A DNA stretch of 64,000 nucleotides from an uncultured Planctomycetaceae bacterium (GTDB lineage Bacteria; Planctomycetota; Planctomycetia; Isosphaerales; Isosphaeraceae), in the NCBI GenBank assembly GCA_963833985.1, contig CAWIAD010000001.1, positions 288,001 to 352,000 of the forward strand, read 5' to 3'. Numbering within the stretch: position 1 is the first letter of the stretch; the number at the start of each line of letters is the position of its first letter. A program made the translations under genes and the position numbers. Below the pieces are notes generated by a model. The model was not told where the DNA came from. It searched no databases and saw nothing but the letters and a program-made list of their open reading frames with translations. Positions 60,401-64,000 of the stretch are shown here, piece by piece.

Positions 60401-63400
60401 TCAGCGTGCGCTTGTGCGGCCTGTCGGCGGCACCCCACTGACCGACCACGCGGCCCAGTAGCGAGGATGGACCCGCCTCTTGCCGACGTGCGACGACTTC
60501 GGATCGGCCGGCTCCGGAGGCGCTGATTCCACGGCTCGAGCCACCCAGTGGCAGTCGGCCCTCGAGCATCTCGATCTGTGCGAGGCGCATGGCCTCGATG
60601 GGCGTTCGTTTCTCGCCCCACAGATGCTCGTAGAACCGCGTCATCAGCGCCGCAGTGGCCGCGTCATCCACCTTCCACAGGCTGGCGATCACCGTCTTGC
60701 AACCGGCCTGGTGGAAAGCTCGTTGCAACCCGAGCACTCCCTCGCCGCCGGCGGTCCGTCCCAGCCCCGTCTCGCACGCCGAGAGCACGGCCAGCTCGCA
60801 GGCCGAGAGATCGATCGCACTCACCTCCTCCGCCGTCATCGTCCCCGCCCCCAGGTCCGCCAGCCCGGTGACCGGGTCGACAGGCGGATGGTTCACTCCC
60901 GCCCACGCCAGGCCCGACAGCAGTCCCGGATAGAACCCCTCGATGTCCGCCCGCCCCAGCCGGCCCGCCGTCTCGAGCGTGAGCGTGGTGGGGTCGGTAC
61001 TGGCGGCCGACTTGATGGAGGGCGGGGCGAAGTAGCCGTGAGTGGCCAGATGGAGATAACGGTGCCCGGGAAGCGCCTGACAGATCGTATCCTTTGTGGC
61101 CCGGGAACCCTCCAGGATCTCGACCTTGCCCTTGAGCGTGCGCTCAAACCGATCGCCAACGGCATGAATCTCCGACCCCGTGGAATGCAGGGAACCGTAA
61201 TGTCCCGTGCTGGCCGGCGCACGGCTTCCGCGGCTGGCAACCAGCGTGGCTGGTGTTTTGGCTGAGCTGGCGGGGTCCGTGGAGGGGACGCCAAAGTCCC
61301 CCCGATCATAATCCACCGCGCCAGCCGCCAGCAGCGTCGGCATCACATTGGAAGGAGCCCGTCGCAGCTCGGCGAGGAGCTGTCGGCCCGATCCGATCGT
61401 CGCCAGCGCATACCGTTCCACGAGGTAATGCCCGGGCGCCATAGGGTCCGGCAGCCCCGCCCAAGGCACGAAGTTGAGGTCTCCGTCCGGAGCAAGAAGC
61501 ACGATCTTGATGCCTCGAAGATGGGTTTCGAGCGGTTTCCAGAGGCGTTCGGCGAGTTCGAAGCCCGCGCTGTCGCGGTCCTGCTCGAGGCTGGCTCGAA
61601 ACTCGGCCAGTGCCTGATCCAGCGTCCTGCCATCGCCAAGCTGGATCAGGCTCACGCCCTTATTCTTGCGCGTGACGAAGGCAAGGTATCTCAGTTCGGT
61701 GGGAAGTCTTTGCGTACGCGGTGGATGTGGAGGCTCGTGTTCGTAACGAATGATGTCAACCAGCAAAGTGTCCTCAGGTAGGGACTCGAGAAGCTCACCT
61801 GGTCTCGGAGTGTCCGGGTGCCAGCCGATTGCGCGGGCGGCTTCCATTTCTTCGGTTGCGATGTCATCAACTAGCTGTCGGAGCTGGCGGGAATGGTCAG
61901 ACATTTCAGACTCCGGTACCCGTTGGGCGTAAGCCCGACCGAGCCGGCTTCGAAGTGTGGATATGTTGGCAACTTGCTCGCGCAGTGCGGGCGACGCGAT
62001 CGCTCGCGCGCGTCGGGCCGACGCGGCGTCTGAGGCCAAGCCCTTGACTGCGAGAACGTGGGCGTAAATCCCTGCAGGATCGGATCCACCAACAGAGCAA
62101 AGATCGAGTACGAGGTCGAGCTGGCTTCTCAGTTTTTGGAGCAACACCATCCGTTCACGCTCTGGAAGCGAGGGCAGGACCCTGCCCAGCGAGAGCTCTG
62201 CCTCGCGTGCGGCCCGGTCAGACATAGGGATTGCTTGATCATCCTGGCCCAGGTCGTGAAGTAAAGCGGCCAGGTAGCTCATTGCTCGCGTGGTATCCGG
62301 GTGCTGCTCGCCCTCCACCTCACGGCGGAGTGTCAGCTCCTTCTCCACAAGCTGCCGGGCGGCCTGGATGTCACCCTGATCGCGGAGCACCGTGGCAAGC
62401 CTATTCATCGCGGTTAGAGTGTCCGGGTGACGGTCCCCATACACCTCCTTGCGAACCGCGAGTACCTGCTCGTACATGGAGCGCGCGGTCTCGAGTTCCT
62501 TCTGCTGCCCCAGCAAGTCTGCCAGGTTGTTCATGGCCCCCAGAGTGTTCGGGTGCTTGGGCCCATGAACCTCCCTGAAGAGGGCTACGGTTTTTTCGGA
62601 GAGTGGACGGGCCGCCCTGTAATCCCCTTGCATTTGATACAGAGCAGCAAGGTGGCTCATGGCTTCGATCGTGAAGTAGTGCCGCTCGCCCTGGACCTCA
62701 CCAAGCCGGAACACAGCCTCTTCGGCCAGAGGTCTCGCAGCGGAAGCATCACCCAGGGCGCGGAGCATTCCCGCGAGGTTGGACTGCGCTCGAATGGTTT
62801 CGGGGTGCCGATCACCCTGGACCTGCCGTCGTAATTCCAATACCCTTTGCGCAAGCGGTCTTGCGGCCGCATAGTCTTGCTGCGAGACCATCAGCATGGC
62901 CAGGTTGTTCAGCGCGGTGATGCTGTCAGGATCCTTCTCCCCTTTTGCTTCGCGGATCAGTTGGAGCACCTTTTCGGCTAACGGCCTGGCAGCGCCGTAT
63001 TCTCCTATGGCCCGTAGCAGGCTGGCGAGATTCCCCATGATGGATATGGTCATGGGATGGCGCTCGCCGAAGACTTCGAGGGTTAGAGCAACCGCCCGCT
63101 CGGCAAGCGGTCGAGAATTCCGGTATTCGCCTTGAAGTCTCAGAGCGATGGACAGGTTGCCCATCGTCGCAATCGTCGCAGCGTGCCGGTCCCCCTGCAA
63201 CGCGCGTCGGATCGACAGCGCCTTTTCGAGTGTTGGGACCGAATCACGGAGTCGTCCGCTGCCTATGAGGCTAACGCCCTCGCGATCCAGCTTCTCTGCC
63301 TCAGCGATCCGCGCACGATCCTCCGCCCCCATTTTCGCAAGCTGCTCTGTGATCGCCAATTCCGTGCGGGCGTCGACAGTCCTCCAGTTTTCGCTGCCAA

Positions 63401-63800
63401 ATTTCTTCTCCCGCAGTGAGAGGATTTCGCGGCGCGTCGCGATTGCCGCGTTCCAATCGTTACGCTGCTCTTGGAATGACTCGATGAGCTCGAGTGACCC
63501 AGCCACGGCATCGCTGGTCTCACCCAGGATCTGGCGCTCGATTGCCACCTTCTCTTCGAGAACTCGGATTGCGCTTTCGAGACGACCCTCCGAACCCAGC
63601 TTCTTTGCCTCTTTTTCCAGCCGGTCCCGCTCCTTGAGCCGAAGCTGCTGCTCGGCAGAGAGCGCCGGGGGCCCTGGGGTGCCCCCCGCGTTCTCCTCGG
63701 CTACGCACACCAGAGCCAGACACAGCGGTGGCAAAAGCCCGAGCGAGTGGAGAGTTCGCCGGCCAGGAACCAGCGAGCGAACCGGGATGCGACTCGTCAT
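60401..63800 (-). CDS. TPR (42-aa repeat) + CHAT caspase-like protein; frameshift near 60500
   Basis: HPxT..xMNNLA repeats; HLATHG and LSACETG dyad; terminal HPRYWAAWSVSG motif lies in another frame ending at TGA 60401. Confidence 0.9.
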
Positions 63801-64000
63801 GGCAACCCCCTTGCAGCAGTACTGTGAAGCGATCATTCGGCCACATGCGGGAAGGCAATACCGGAAAGGAAGCTCGACTCTGAACGGAGCCCGGACTGGA
63901 GCGCGCGGAGCGGAGCGAGCGCGGCCGAGAGATGGCTCGGCTCAGGCGCGGTCAGCGACCGTGAGCCGGACCGGCCGGACGGCTCGACGCCGTCGGATCG

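Overview
This is a high-GC bacterial chromosomal window, most likely from Planctomycetota (inferred from the LxxLExRxLL secreted-protein motif, three eukaryote-like Ser/Thr kinases, CHAT/TPR and FG-GAP proteins, csrA and futalosine-pathway genes). Bases 1-9.2 kb are a decayed accessory island: the 5' end of an ISAzo13-like IS, a broken DDE-transposase element, a vapBC-type pair, an IS4, an IS5 inserted into a serine resolvase, a membrane kinase and a REP cluster. The remainder is mostly core-like: proS-wecA-like-O-antigen ligase, cyclophilin, FG-GAP lipoprotein, nitrilase, kinase, SDR, two tRNA-Arg, ECF sigma, csrA, PfpI, tRNA-Glu, HDAC, GT39-pncB-cytochrome c, mqnA-mqnC-natAB-amidohydrolase, nucleotidyltransferase-uvrA, glmU, DUF4337 and a CHAT protein. 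Most notable: (1) a kinase / glycosyltransferase / Asp-box gene cluster in which the glycosyltransferase has ppGalNAc-T-like motifs and is fused to a Pro/Thr and (K)SSP repeat tail; (2) six parS-like palindromes between 14 and 33 kb, suggesting an origin-proximal position; (3) an IS4 whose ends extend into REP-like palindromic arms; (4) a structured, GGA-containing csrA leader. At least six genes carry small frameshifts, three of them in G/C runs, probably sequencing errors. All family assignments come from motif recognition by eye; no database searches were run.
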